From assembly GCA_030602345.1 (NCBI GenBank), contig JAUVZX010000002.1, positions 3,639 through 67,638 on the forward strand: a stretch of DNA of 64,000 nt, in the 5' to 3' direction. This document shows positions 1 through 9,824 of this stretch, piece by piece. The DNA is from Bacilli bacterium (GTDB lineage Bacteria > Bacillota_I > Bacilli_A > RF39 > UBA660). Under the pieces are notes generated by a model that saw only the letters and a program-made list of their open reading frames with translations, did no database searches and had not been told where the DNA came from. Both the position numbers and the translations under genes were made by a program. The first letter of the stretch is position 1, and each line of letters starts with the position of its first letter.

Positions 1-164
1 ATGGCACTCATGGGCTAGGTAGCTAGAAAGACCAAGCATAAAGTACTACTAAGTTTTAATAAATATCAATTAATAATATTATAGCATGGATTTTAAAAAT
101 CCCCAAACCTCTTACACTAAATAAACTGACAATATTTGCCTTTTTTATCAATTATTTGAACAGT

Positions 165-2144
165 TCAAGATTTCAACTTTTTTTTATTTTTAAGAGCCAA
201 CGTTTCGTCCGTTTTATTTTTATATTTCTTAATAAAAATATTCATGCCAGTTAATATCAATGATAGCAATACTATAATACCAAAAGAGGATATTAACATT
301 ATACTTAGATCATTTGGCTTAGAAATATTACTTATTATATCGCTACTATCCTTTTTGGCAAGATCAGAAGAATTGTTATTTTCGGCTGATTCTTCAACAG
401 CATCAGTAGTTTCAGTGTCTATATTTTCTAAAATCTTTTTGGAAGAACTTAACTCTACTTTCTTACCGTCGATTTTTGTAGCCGACATCATATATCTGCT
501 ATTATGACTAACAGTAAAGGTAATATAACCCTCACCATCAATGTAGATTTTTTCACCCACTCGTTCCAAAAATCCTGTATTCTCATTGTAGTAGTAAATA
601 TAGAGTTCTTTCACACCTAAATAATTTCTTAATGTATAATCTAATTTGATTTTTATTTTGGCTGGTGCAGGTAATTTACCATTCGGACTAAAAAGAAGAG
701 AAACAACTTTCGCATCATCGAAAACTTCTTGCATACTGTCTCTATTGCTTTGTGTCTCTAAATAAAGCGGGACAACCAGAATTTTAAGATTTACGTCTTT
801 AGCCATATCAACTTCCGCTCCATTGAAAACCCATTGAAAACCTTCGTCTTCAAAAACTAAAACTTTATCAGTGCCCTTTATTTTATCAAAAACTTCTTTC
901 TTGGCTGTTGGCCATCCAGAGTAACTAATACCAATAACGCTACCTCCAGGTGCAGATGTTATCTTTTCTAAAATATTTTTATCAACAGTAGATGTCACAA
1001 CTTGATTTGGTTTTCTGTTATTTGTAATTTTTATAGTGAAATCGTCCTCAAAAAAAGGATCATTTACGGCATCATAAGTTGTCTCATTGCCCTGGCTATC
1101 TTTAATTGAAGCAAAATACAATTTGCAATTTGAAGTTTGAAAAAATTGATCAAAAACAAATTTTCCTGTATATTCACCAGTTAAAGTATCATATTTTAAA
1201 TATGAAGTTAAGAATTTATTGCCTAATTTCTCACATTCGAGCGTTAAATAAAACTGGGTTATTGGAGAATTCGAGGTGATTTTAGCTCTTATTTGAATTT
1301 CAGATGGTGCAATCACTTCTTTTTTATTTATACTGATTTCTGTCAATTTTGGAGGATCGTATATTTCATTAATTTTAGAAATAACACTAAATTCAGGATA
1401 TTTTTTGTCAGAACAATTATTATAATTATTATACCAATAACCACTACCGTTATCACCTGTAATTCCTAAGTCCGAAATGCAATATGAACCATTAAGAGCA
1501 TAGTCAGATAATTTGTACGTTGCGTAATAAACTTTCTCTTTTTCATTATAGCTAATATTAGTAGCTAGTGACTTAAAATTGCTTTCATGAGTCAAATATA
1601 GATATAGCCTATTTATAATTGAACCCTCTACAGGAGTGATAATAGCGGTAATCAAATCACCGGGATAATAAGAACTCTTATCAAAGGAAATCCTTTTCAC
1701 TTCAGGTGAAGCCAAAGGATTGTCAACTTTACCATTAACCATAATTTTGATTGAAAAAAGAGGAACAGTTTCACTTTGTAACCATAATACATTATCAGCT
1801 TTATCAACAACTCTAACCTCACTAAGTATTAGCTCTCCCGACGATATGTTGCCAACCAATATTTCGCCTTCGAAAGTATCGTTACCTACATAGAATAAAA
1901 ATCCCTCGTAGCTAGTCGATCCACTATTTCTCGAAAATCTCACGGTAATATGACTCACTCCTGAAATATCATCTTCAGCTATAGCGGTAATTTTGAATTT
2001 TTCATTTGCACCAACTTCAATTTTGTTAACTGCTATACTAATCAAAGATGGTGGCGATTTATCTTCAACACCAGATTCAACAGCATTTAGAGATGACGGA
2101 AAAAATAAAATTATCATTAGAAAAAAATATATAGTTTTGTTCAT
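165..2144 (-). CDS. Secreted, C-terminally membrane-anchored surface protein with ~3 Ig-like beta-sandwich repeats
   Basis: Signal peptide MNKTIYFFLMIILFFPSSLNA after RBS GAGGTG (ATG 2144); repeats starting D..PP.L..I...K; acidic/Ser linker, TM helix, Lys-rich tail. Confidence 0.7.
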   Translation of the reverse strand: MNKTIYFFLMIILFFPSSLNAVESGVEDKSPPSLISIAVNKIEVGANEKFKITAIAEDDISGVSHITVRFSRNSGSTSYEGFLFYVGNDTFEGEILVGNISSGELILSEVRVVDKADNVLWLQSETVPLFSIKIMVNGKVDNPLASPEVKRISFDKSSYYPGDLITAIITPVEGSIINRLYLYLTHESNFKSLATNISYNEKEKVYYATYKLSDYALNGSYCISDLGITGDNGSGYWYNNYNNCSDKKYPEFSVISKINEIYDPPKLTEISINKKEVIAPSEIQIRAKITSNSPITQFYLTLECEKLGNKFLTSYLKYDTLTGEYTGKFVFDQFFQTSNCKLYFASIKDSQGNETTYDAVNDPFFEDDFTIKITNNRKPNQVVTSTVDKNILEKITSAPGGSVIGISYSGWPTAKKEVFDKIKGTDKVLVFEDEGFQWVFNGAEVDMAKDVNLKILVVPLYLETQSNRDSMQEVFDDAKVVSLLFSPNGKLPAPAKIKIKLDYTLRNYLGVKELYIYYYNENTGFLERVGEKIYIDGEGYITFTVSHNSRYMMSATKIDGKKVELSSSKKILENIDTETTDAVEESAENNNSSDLAKKDSSDIISNISKPNDLSIMLISSFGIIVLLSLILTGMNIFIKKYKNKTDETLALKNKKKLKS

Positions 2145-2555
2145 AAAACACCTCATTTTAAAACTATTATAGCACACTTTCCAAATTCAACAATTTTTAT
2201 CTAATATCAAGATAATTATAGAGGTAAAATAATAATTACTTTTATAGAAATAAGTACAAAAAATATAAAGCAAGCTTGGTTTTTTCGTTTTTATTAAATA
2301 TATCTTGCACGATAAAATAAAACTGCAAATTATGAATGACTCAGTAAATTAATTAGCACAAATTTTAAATTGTTTTTATTGACTTCAACGCAGAAAATTT
2401 CGAAGAATATTGAACCAAACTATTGGCAATAGTTGTTAAGAAAACTTAGTAATTACTACATTACTAGTGAACCAAACAAATAAGACGCCTATTTAGACTT
2501 CAATTATCTAAGGATTCAAGAAGAATATTAGCTTCTTCTTAATTTAATGCAAAAT

Positions 2556-2582
2556 AAAAACTTGATATTCTACTATCAAGTT
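2556..2582 (-). terminator. Intrinsic terminator after tRNA-Trp
   Basis: CTTGATA/TATCAAG stem followed by a T run on the minus strand. Confidence 0.65.
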
Positions 2583-2595
2583 CGATTTAACTTTA

Positions 2596-2669
2596 TGGCA
2601 GGGGCAGAGAGAATCGAACTCCCAACCACGGTTTTGGAGACCGCTATTATACCTTTTAACTATGCCCCT
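2596..2669 (-). tRNA. tRNA-Trp (CCA)
   Basis: AGGGGCA...GCGGT-CTCCAAA-ACCGT...TTCGATT...TGCCCCTGCCA cloverleaf with encoded CCA end; upstream TTGTAA-17-TATAAT promoter. Confidence 0.97.
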
Positions 2670-2710
2670 ATAGATATAAATTATATCATGTTTTTGTTTG
2701 TTTTACAATA

Positions 2711-2737
2711 AATAAAGTAGGTGTATCCTACTTTATT
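2711..2737 (-). terminator. Terminator overlapping the hsp20 stop
   Basis: AATAAAGTAGG/CCTACTTTATT inverted repeat followed by T-rich tract. Confidence 0.6.
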
Positions 2738-3105
2738 TCTATTAATTTGTTTGTTTTGGCTTTTATAGGTAACTTGAGTTTAAGCGTACCATTTTCAAAA
2801 GAAGCATCAATCATGTTTTGATCAATATTTCCAACATTAAATTGTCTCTCAACGACACCTGAATATCTCTCTTTTCTTATATAATTCTTGCTTGCATCTT
2901 CTTTTTCTTCGGTTTTAAAAACTGACACTTTAACATATCCGTCTTCATACTCAACCTTAATATTATCCTTAGATACTCCGGGGATATCTGCTACTATGTG
3001 ATATTCATTGTCCTGCTCATAAATATCACATTTCATGTCGATGTTTCTTCCTTCGGCAAAAACATCTTCAATAAAACTATCAAACAAATATCTTTTTGGT
3101 AACAT
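2728..3105 (-). CDS. Hsp20/alpha-crystallin small heat-shock protein
   Basis: DIYE...ADIPGV...YIRKERY.G...R.F...ASFENGTLKLKLP; ATG 3105 after AAGGGAGG. Confidence 0.93.
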   Translation of the reverse strand: MLPKRYLFDSFIEDVFAEGRNIDMKCDIYEQDNEYHIVADIPGVSKDNIKVEYEDGYVKVSVFKTEEKEDASKNYIRKERYSGVVERQFNVGNIDQNMIDASFENGTLKLKLPIKAKTNKLIEIK

Positions 3106-3142
3106 ACTTTTCCCTCCCTTCAATTATAATTTATCAAAAAAA

Positions 3143-3169
3143 TTAGCAGTTGTCAATATCGACTGCTAA
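3143..3169. promoter_or_regulatory. CIRCE element (HrcA operator) overlapping the -35 of the hsp20 promoter
   Basis: Minus strand TTAGCAGTC-N9-AACTGCTAA vs consensus TTAGCACTC-N9-GAGTGCTAA; TTGACA inside, 17 bp to TG-n-TAAATT. Confidence 0.85.
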
Positions 3170-4125
3170 TTTTTTTCGTGGCATTTTCTTTTTGGTAAAA
3201 TAGGACCCAATTCTTTCCAATTGCTAGGTAATCCTATTTTGTTTAATATTTTTTCTAGAGGGACGCTTTCAACAACACCATCTAAATACTGAATTTCAAA
3301 ATATATTTCTCTAAATAATTCTTGAAATTGCATATCTTCTAGCATATGCTTAAAAATAATTAATATAGCAAATAAATCATTTTTGCCATATAAGTATTCT
3401 CCTTCATATTCTGGAACTTTTATTTTTTTATGAATTTCGTCATCAGGAATAACTTTTTGAGTTCTGTAATCATATAATATATCCTCATGGGCACACAGAT
3501 TTCGATAATTGGCTAGTATCGATAAATAGCTACTTACTTGATCTGTTGAGAGTTTATAGCAATCATTGATAACTTTTTTATCCTCATCTTTCAATATACT
3601 AAAAAGTTCTGAGGTCAAACCAAAAGATAAGACTTTAACTAAAACCCACATTGGGATATAACCATAATTACTAACATAGTGGATAGTTGCCGAGTGCTTC
3701 TGCGAATTAACCCTTACTTGTCTTTTTACTTTTGATAAAACATCTCTTACTTGTCTTATTTTAAGAGGATCTTGAGTAAAGTTTCTTTCGTTTAAATAAT
3801 CACTTTCTTTATATCCATATTGTTTAGAAAGTTGATAACTTATAATTGATTTAACATTGTTTTCAATAATCAATATATTTTTAAACAATATATTTCTTAA
3901 GCTTCTATCAAACATAAAAATAGCATATAGTTCTTCAAAAGTTGCTCCTTTAACGAATTGTCTATTCTTATAATTTTCCATTAAAAGATGTCTATAACCA
4001 CTTATAAAAAAGTAGTTCTCACTCAATAATTTTCGCTTAGCAAATTCTTCATCTTTTATGATAAGTCCTTTACTTCTTAATATTTCTATTTGTTCATCTA
4101 GGTTTTTAAATATCTTTTCACTCAT
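3166..4125 (-). CDS. Abi family (Abi_2 / AbiD-AbiF-like) HEPN protein
   Basis: N-terminal FK.LDEQIEILRSKGLII, NYF.ISGY, FD..LR, IP.WVL...LSFG, HEPN RxxxxH motif RNLCAH. Confidence 0.88.
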   Translation of the reverse strand: MSEKIFKNLDEQIEILRSKGLIIKDEEFAKRKLLSENYFFISGYRHLLMENYKNRQFVKGATFEELYAIFMFDRSLRNILFKNILIIENNVKSIISYQLSKQYGYKESDYLNERNFTQDPLKIRQVRDVLSKVKRQVRVNSQKHSATIHYVSNYGYIPMWVLVKVLSFGLTSELFSILKDEDKKVINDCYKLSTDQVSSYLSILANYRNLCAHEDILYDYRTQKVIPDDEIHKKIKVPEYEGEYLYGKNDLFAILIIFKHMLEDMQFQELFREIYFEIQYLDGVVESVPLEKILNKIGLPSNWKELGPILPKRKCHEKN

Positions 4126-4161
4126 ATGCTCACCTACTATAATTTTAACACAATTTTCAAT

Positions 4162-4188
4162 AAAAAAAGATATATTTTATTATATCTT
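4162..4188 (-). terminator. Terminator overlapping the pseudouridine synthase stop
   Basis: AAGATATA/TATATCTT hairpin plus T run. Confidence 0.55.
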
Positions 4189-4830
4189 AAATTCTTTTTC
4201 TTGGTTTACATCTATTTCGAAACTAAGTAGTTCCTTAGTGGTGGGATGTAAAAAAGATAATTTAGAAGCCATAAGCATTAAATTGTCTGTTTTTTTATTT
4301 TTATTACCATATTTACCATCTCCTAGAATAGGGTTGTTTCTTGAAGAAAATTGAATTCTAATTTGATGTTTTCTTCCTGTTAATAACTTTATTTCAACTA
4401 AAGACAAATTATCTTTTTTATTAATCACTTTATATTCTAACGATGATTCTTTACCTTTTTCTGAAATAATCATTTTTTCTTCTTCTTGAAGTAGTTTGTC
4501 TTTTAATATTCCCTGATCAGGAAGATTAAAATTTTCAAATAATGCTAAATAAGTTTTATCAAATTCACTTTTTCTTATTTGTTCACTTAATCTAGAAGCT
4601 GCTTTTGTAGTTCTTGCAAATACCATCAAACCTCTTGTAGGCCTATCTAAGCGATGAACAATTCCCAAATAGACATTTCCCGGTTTGTTATATTTTTGTT
4701 TAATATAATCCTTTAAAAGGGTTTGCATATCTTCATCATTGGTGTCGTCTTTCTGAGTGGGGATGTTTTTTGGTTTGTTTACCACTATAATATGATTGTC
4801 TTCATATATTATATCAATCTTCTTTTTCAT
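4180..4830 (-). CDS. RluA-family pseudouridine synthase
   Basis: IIYEDNHIIVVNKP, HRLDRPT, LLTGRKHQIR, PILGD.KYG. Confidence 0.93.
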   Translation of the reverse strand: MKKKIDIIYEDNHIIVVNKPKNIPTQKDDTNDEDMQTLLKDYIKQKYNKPGNVYLGIVHRLDRPTRGLMVFARTTKAASRLSEQIRKSEFDKTYLALFENFNLPDQGILKDKLLQEEEKMIISEKGKESSLEYKVINKKDNLSLVEIKLLTGRKHQIRIQFSSRNNPILGDGKYGNKNKKTDNLMLMASKLSFLHPTTKELLSFEIDVNQEKEFKI

Positions 4831-5680
4831 ATAGACCATATATACCACACGGTAACTTCATATCATTCTTAGTAATATTTAATCCTATTTCGCCCGAAAA
4901 AACATTTCCTTTTTTATATTTTTCTTTGATTGTGTTTTTAAGAATGTTTTCTAACACAACGCTTGATATTCCCGTTGTATAAGAATTTATTAAAACAAAT
5001 AGTGGATCATCACTTAAAATATTTTGACAAGCATCTATTAATTCATATATATTATCTTCAAACTTCCAAACTTCTTTATTAGGCCCTCTTCCATATGATG
5101 GTGGATCCATAATTATAACGTCGTATTTATTTCCTCTTCTTGCTTCTCTTAAAACAAATTTCATGCAATCATCGATTATAAATCTTACGTTTGCCTTTTC
5201 TAAATTAGAGAGTTGAATATTTTCTTTCGCCCATTCTACCATACCTTTAGCAGCATCAACATGAACTACTTCTGCTCCTGCATAAGCACACGCTACAGTT
5301 GCTCCTCCTGTATATGCGAAAAGATTTAGCACTTTTATTTTTCTATTTGCATTCTTTATTTTATTTATAGCATAATCCCAATTAACTGCTTGCTCCGGAA
5401 AAATTCCAACATGTTTGAAATTCATAGGCGCTATCTTAAAAGTTAATTCTTTATAATTAATTGTCCATGTTTGAGGAATCTTCTTTAATCTTTGCCATTC
5501 TCCTCCGCCCGTTGAACTCCTTTTATAGTAAGCATGATAATTCTTCCATTCAGTTTGATCAGTATGCCACATTGCTTGGGGATCAGGCCTTCTTAAAAGA
5601 ATATCTCCAAATCTTTCTAATTTTTCACCATGTCCTGCATCAATGCATTCATAGTCTTTCCAATCATTTGTTATTTTCAT
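4814..5680 (-). CDS. Class I SAM-dependent rRNA methyltransferase (RlmI/RlmK-like)
   Basis: VLNLFAYTGG, VHVDA, IIMDPPSY motifs. Confidence 0.85.
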   Translation of the reverse strand: MKITNDWKDYECIDAGHGEKLERFGDILLRRPDPQAMWHTDQTEWKNYHAYYKRSSTGGGEWQRLKKIPQTWTINYKELTFKIAPMNFKHVGIFPEQAVNWDYAINKIKNANRKIKVLNLFAYTGGATVACAYAGAEVVHVDAAKGMVEWAKENIQLSNLEKANVRFIIDDCMKFVLREARRGNKYDVIIMDPPSYGRGPNKEVWKFEDNIYELIDACQNILSDDPLFVLINSYTTGISSVVLENILKNTIKEKYKKGNVFSGEIGLNITKNDMKLPCGIYGLYEKED

Positions 5681-5708
5681 TTTATTACCTCTTTATAATT
5701 ATACAAAA

Positions 5709-5738
5709 TAAAAAGCACAATGCCAAGCATTGCGCCTT
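5709..5738 (-). terminator. Terminator after rplM-rpsI
   Basis: GGCGCAATGC-TTG-GCATTGTGC-TTTT. Confidence 0.75.
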
Positions 5739-5742
5739 GATA

Positions 5743-6159
5743 TTAACGTTTTGAGAATTGTGGTGCACGACGTGCAGCTTTTAATCCTGGTTTTTTACGT
5801 TCTTTAGCTCTTGAATCTCTTGTTACAAATCCTGCATTTTTTAAGATAGCACGGAATCCGTTTTCACTTTTTTCATTTGCAGCATCATATTTTAATAATG
5901 CACGAGCAATTCCTAAACGGATAGCTCCTGTTTGTCCAGTAAATCCACCACCTAAAACTTTAACTTCGATATCGAAAGTTGTTTCAGTAGATGTAGCTAC
6001 TAGCGGTTGCATTAAATCCATAACATTTGTTTCATATGGGAAGAATTCTCTTACATCTTTACCATTTACAGTAATTTTCCCAGTTCCTTTTTTCATTACA
6101 ACTTGAGCAATTGATGTTTTTCTTCTTCCTGTGCCTAAATATTTTATTTCTTTTGCCAT
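5743..6159 (-). CDS. rpsI: 30S ribosomal protein S9
   Basis: GTGRRK...[30 protein letters not shown]. Confidence 0.99.
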   Translation of the reverse strand: MAKEIKYLGTGRRKTSIAQVVMKKGTGKITVNGKDVREFFPYETNVMDLMQPLVATSTETTFDIEVKVLGGGFTGQTGAIRLGIARALLKYDAANEKSENGFRAILKNAGFVTRDSRAKERKKPGLKAARRAPQFSKR

Positions 6160-6169
6160 TCAATCCTCC

Positions 6170-6604
6170 CTAGTTTACTTTCATTTCTACTGGTTGTTGC
6201 GCTGTATGTGGATGTTCGCTTCCTTTGTAAACAAATAATTTTTTGTACATTTGTCTTCCCAATCTTCCGTTTGGTAACATTCCTTTAATAGCTCTTTCAA
6301 CCATTTCGACAGGATATTTTTCAATCATTACTTTTCCTGTTCTTTCTCTTAATCCTCCTGGATATCCAGAGTGATTATAATACATTTTTTTGTTTAGTTT
6401 GTCTCCCGTTAAGACAATCTTTTCAGCGTTGATAATAATTACAAAGTCTCCACAGTCAATGTGTGGTGTAAATGTTGGTTTATGTTTTCCTCTTAATACA
6501 TGCGCAACCTTAGTAGCTAATCTACCTAAAGTCATTCCTTCTGCATCAACTACAAACCATTTTCTTTCAACTGTTTCCTTTGGTTGCATAAATGTGTTTT
6601 TCAT
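6170..6604 (-). CDS. rplM: 50S ribosomal protein L13
   Basis: W.VVDA...LGRLA...[16 protein letters not shown]. Confidence 0.99.
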   Translation of the reverse strand: MKNTFMQPKETVERKWFVVDAEGMTLGRLATKVAHVLRGKHKPTFTPHIDCGDFVIIINAEKIVLTGDKLNKKMYYNHSGYPGGLRERTGKVMIEKYPVEMVERAIKGMLPNGRLGRQMYKKLFVYKGSEHPHTAQQPVEMKVN

Positions 6605-6717
6605 ATTAATTTCCTTTCTTTTGTTAAATAATTATGTTTATTAAATTTTCCCAGGACCTAATAAACCTTAATTAATGTACCATATTAAATGATACTAAAA
6701 ATATGCTAAAAAGTCAA
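6605..6717 (-). promoter_or_regulatory. rplM promoter and probable L13 autoregulatory leader
   Basis: TTGACT-17-TATCAT; leader with GTTTATTAG...TTAATAAAC pairing around GTCCTGGG, similar to the Firmicutes L13 leader. Confidence 0.55.
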
Positions 6718-6729
6718 TATTTATATTAA

Positions 6730-7467
6730 CTAATATAACACATCTTTTAAATATAATCCCTCCGGTTTTGCCGTAGGTCCTGCTTTTGTTCTATCTTCAC
6801 TTTCAATAATTTTAATTATATCTTCGCTCTTTCTTTTTCCCTCGCCTATTTCGATTAAGGTTCCGATCATGTTTCTGACCATATACCTTAAAAAACCAGT
6901 GCCCAAGAAACTTATTGTCAATATATCAATATTCTTTATATCTCTTATAACTTTCGCTTCAATTATAGTTCTTTCATAACTTTCTTTGTCATCTGATGCT
7001 GAAAACGATTTAAAATTATGTGTTCCTTCTAGATATTTTAAAGCTCTCTCTATTTCAAAAACATCTAATCTACGATTATATTGAAATATATATTTTTGTT
7101 TTAGAGGATCATATTCTCCTAAGTTGATCATATATATATATTCTTTAGCTTTTACATCATATCTCGCATGAAAAGAATCACTAACTATGTCTATTTCTCT
7201 AAAATATATATCTTCAGGTAAAAGACTATTTACTGATTTTTTCAAATCATCACAACTAAATTCTTTATCTAAATCAAAATGTATTTTTTGTTTTAGAGCA
7301 TGAACTTTTGCATCTGTCCTTCCTGAAGCGTGAATTATAACCTCATTTTTAGAGTTTATCATCGTTAGAACTTTTTGAATTTCCCCTTGAATAGTTCTTC
7401 CTTTTTTTTGAATCTGATATCCATCAAACAAAGAGCCATCATAACTTATTGTTGCTAAATATCTCAT
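6730..7467 (-). CDS. truA: tRNA pseudouridine(38-40) synthase
   Basis: MRYLATISYDGS.F.GYQ, SGRTDAKVHA, GFLRYMVR; ATGA overlap with ecfT. Confidence 0.97.
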   Translation of the reverse strand: MRYLATISYDGSLFDGYQIQKKGRTIQGEIQKVLTMINSKNEVIIHASGRTDAKVHALKQKIHFDLDKEFSCDDLKKSVNSLLPEDIYFREIDIVSDSFHARYDVKAKEYIYMINLGEYDPLKQKYIFQYNRRLDVFEIERALKYLEGTHNFKSFSASDDKESYERTIIEAKVIRDIKNIDILTISFLGTGFLRYMVRNMIGTLIEIGEGKRKSEDIIKIIESEDRTKAGPTAKPEGLYLKDVLY

Positions 7468-8216
7468 ACTATCATACTCATTGCGACTAACGTTAAAATA
7501 GCTAGGTGCATGAATACTATATATGTGTCGAAGAATCGCCATTTATTTACACGGTAGTTAGTTCTAGGTTTATTAATATCGTATAATCTAACTTCCATCG
7601 CATTTCCTAAATCTTCTGCTCTTTTAAAAGAAAGAACAAATAATGGAATTAACATTGCTTTTATTGCTATTAGCTTGCCTTTAAAGGTAGAATTTCTAAA
7701 ATCCACTCCTCTACTAGCTTGTGCTTTTAAAATTCGGTTTGACTGATCTATAATTGTAGGTATAAATCTAAGCGCTAAGCTTATTGATAAAGCAATTTTA
7801 GAAACTTTTAACTTAAATACTTTTAAAAATGATAAAACATTCTCAATACCATAGGCAATTTCACTCGGAGGCGTTGTTAAAGTTAAAATTGATGTATATA
7901 AAATCATAGTTGTAATTCTTAATAATAGCAACCCCAATTCTTGAAAAGAAGTCCCAATTACTAAGTTCATTATTATTACTAAAATTAATAATATTCTCAT
8001 TCCAAATAAAGTTTTCCAATATAGTTTAATAGGAACATGAGTTAATCCCATGACTAATAATACTATTACTGAGATTGTTAAATTTATTCTAATATCATTT
8101 GCTATTAAACTTAGTATAACAAATAAAATTATCGATAATAGCTTTGCTGTGGGATTCATTCTATGTATTTTAGAATTTGTTTCATAGTATCTTCCAATTG
8201 AAATATTATTTAACAT
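7464..8216 (-). CDS. ecfT: ECF transporter transmembrane T component
   Basis: ALRFIP, AQASRG, AMEVR motifs; synteny with ecfA pair and truA. Confidence 0.95.
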   Translation of the reverse strand: MLNNISIGRYYETNSKIHRMNPTAKLLSIILFVILSLIANDIRINLTISVIVLLVMGLTHVPIKLYWKTLFGMRILLILVIIMNLVIGTSFQELGLLLLRITTMILYTSILTLTTPPSEIAYGIENVLSFLKVFKLKVSKIALSISLALRFIPTIIDQSNRILKAQASRGVDFRNSTFKGKLIAIKAMLIPLFVLSFKRAEDLGNAMEVRLYDINKPRTNYRVNKWRFFDTYIVFMHLAILTLVAMSMIV

Positions 8217-9030
8217 ATCTATACACATCCTTTATTAAATCGTTTATTTCATCACGATATCCTATTTTAATGCCTTTTTTCTTTTCTACCAATTTAGCAA
8301 AAGAAATAACGCTTGGAGCTTTTACATCATATTTGTTTAATAGTTCTTCTTCTTGGAACACTTCATATTTATTGCCTGCCATGACAATGTTTCCTTTATG
8401 CATAACATATACCTTATCCACTATTTTGTGTAAAAAATCTGTATCTTGACTAACGATTATAACTGTTTTATTATATCTTGTTTTTAGGGTTCTAATTATT
8501 TTGATTAAATTCTTTTTACTAGCATTATCAAGAGCAGTTAAAGGTTCATCAAAGATAATTATTTCAGGATTAAAAGCTAAAACGCAAGCAATAGCTAATT
8601 TTTTAGTTTCACCATGACTTAAGTTAAAAGGATTTTTATATAAATATTCTTCTGGCAATCCTACCATCATTAAAGCTTTTTTCACTTGAACTTCTATTTG
8701 TTCTTTTTTGTATTTAAAATATCTCATTGCAAAAGCAACTTCGTCATATACAGTATTACTAAATATTTGTTCATTTGCATCTTCAAAAACAAATCCAACA
8801 TTAAAACGAAGTTCATTTATGTTCTTATATTTTTTACCTTTTTCTAAAGCAAAATCTCCAACTAATAATCTACCATTCGTAGGGAGAACTAAAGCATCTA
8901 TCATTTCAACTAAAGTTGTTTTACCGCTCCCGGAAGAGCCAACTATACCTATTATTTGTCCTTTTTCTATTTTCAAATTTATATCTTTTACTACATTATT
9001 AAAAGAAACGTTCTCAAACTTTATTTCCAT
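8206..9030 (-). CDS. ecfA2: ECF transporter ATPase A2 (degenerate motifs)
   Basis: Walker A GSSGSGKT, Walker B IIFDEP, NPFNLSHGE; synteny. Confidence 0.85.
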   Translation of the reverse strand: MEIKFENVSFNNVVKDINLKIEKGQIIGIVGSSGSGKTTLVEMIDALVLPTNGRLLVGDFALEKGKKYKNINELRFNVGFVFEDANEQIFSNTVYDEVAFAMRYFKYKKEQIEVQVKKALMMVGLPEEYLYKNPFNLSHGETKKLAIACVLAFNPEIIIFDEPLTALDNASKKNLIKIIRTLKTRYNKTVIIVSQDTDFLHKIVDKVYVMHKGNIVMAGNKYEVFQEEELLNKYDVKAPSVISFAKLVEKKKGIKIGYRDEINDLIKDVYRYVK

Positions 9031-9824
9031 AAATGATCCACCATCTCTTCCGCATCAAATATAATCTTGTCAACTAATCCATAAAATTTTAATTTTAAAG
9101 ATAAATCTACCATAAATGGTAATTGAATTCCTAGAGCATTAAAAACTTTTTCGTGCTCAAATACTTCTTCTTTAGTACCATTTAAAATTATTTCCCCTTC
9201 ATTTAAAACTACTACTTTTTGTCCTAAAGTAGCCTCATCTAAATTATGAGTTATATTGATAATTGTTGTACCTTTTTTATTTAAATATGCTATAACTTCT
9301 AAAACTTTTTGTGTTGTGATAGCATCAACCTTAGATAAAGCTTCATCTAAAATTAATATAGGAGGATTATTTATAATAGCTCCCGCTAATATTACTAACT
9401 GTTTTTGACCATTTGTTAATTTATGTGGTTCTAAATTTAATAATGGTGTTATTCCTATTAAATCTGCTGTTTCTTTAATTTTATCTCTAATCTCAAACTT
9501 ATTAACACCTAAATTTTCTAATTTAAATGCTATTTCATCTGCTACTGTTTCTGAGACAAATTGATTATCGGGATTATCAAAAACAACACCAACATATTCT
9601 CTTATAGAGTCTCTAGTAGAACTAGTTAGTGTAACTTGATTAACGATTATTGTTCCGGTTCCTTCTAATAAACCAACCAAAATCTTAACCAAAGTGCTTT
9701 TTCCACTTCCGTTTGGCCCTACAATAGTAACCCAAGATCCTTGTTGAATGCTCAAATTAAAGTTTTCAAACAACGGTCTATCTTTATATCCGAAAGACAA
9801 ATTTCTAATAAAAACTGAGTTCAT
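9021..9824 (-). CDS. ecfA1: ECF transporter ATPase A1 (degenerate motifs)
   Basis: GPNGSGKST, NPDNQFV, LILDEA; follows rplQ. Confidence 0.85.
   Translation of the reverse strand: MNSVFIRNLSFGYKDRPLFENFNLSIQQGSWVTIVGPNGSGKSTLVKILVGLLEGTGTIIVNQVTLTSSTRDSIREYVGVVFDNPDNQFVSETVADEIAFKLENLGVNKFEIRDKIKETADLIGITPLLNLEPHKLTNGQKQLVILAGAIINNPPILILDEALSKVDAITTQKVLEVIAYLNKKGTTIINITHNLDEATLGQKVVVLNEGEIILNGTKEEVFEHEKVFNALGIQLPFMVDLSLKLKFYGLVDKIIFDAEEMVDHLWK

Noticed and set aside
1-90. Possible leader RNA or gene start on the minus strand after TGCTATAAT
   Set aside because: Truncated by the window edge; the resemblance of TTCTAGCTAC to a preQ1 loop lacks the required stem and A-rich tail.
2380-2540. Short repeated words (GACTTCAA, GAAGAATATT, GAACCAAAC) in the intergenic region
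   Set aside because: Irregular spacing and no open frame; could be a decayed gene but nothing is identifiable.
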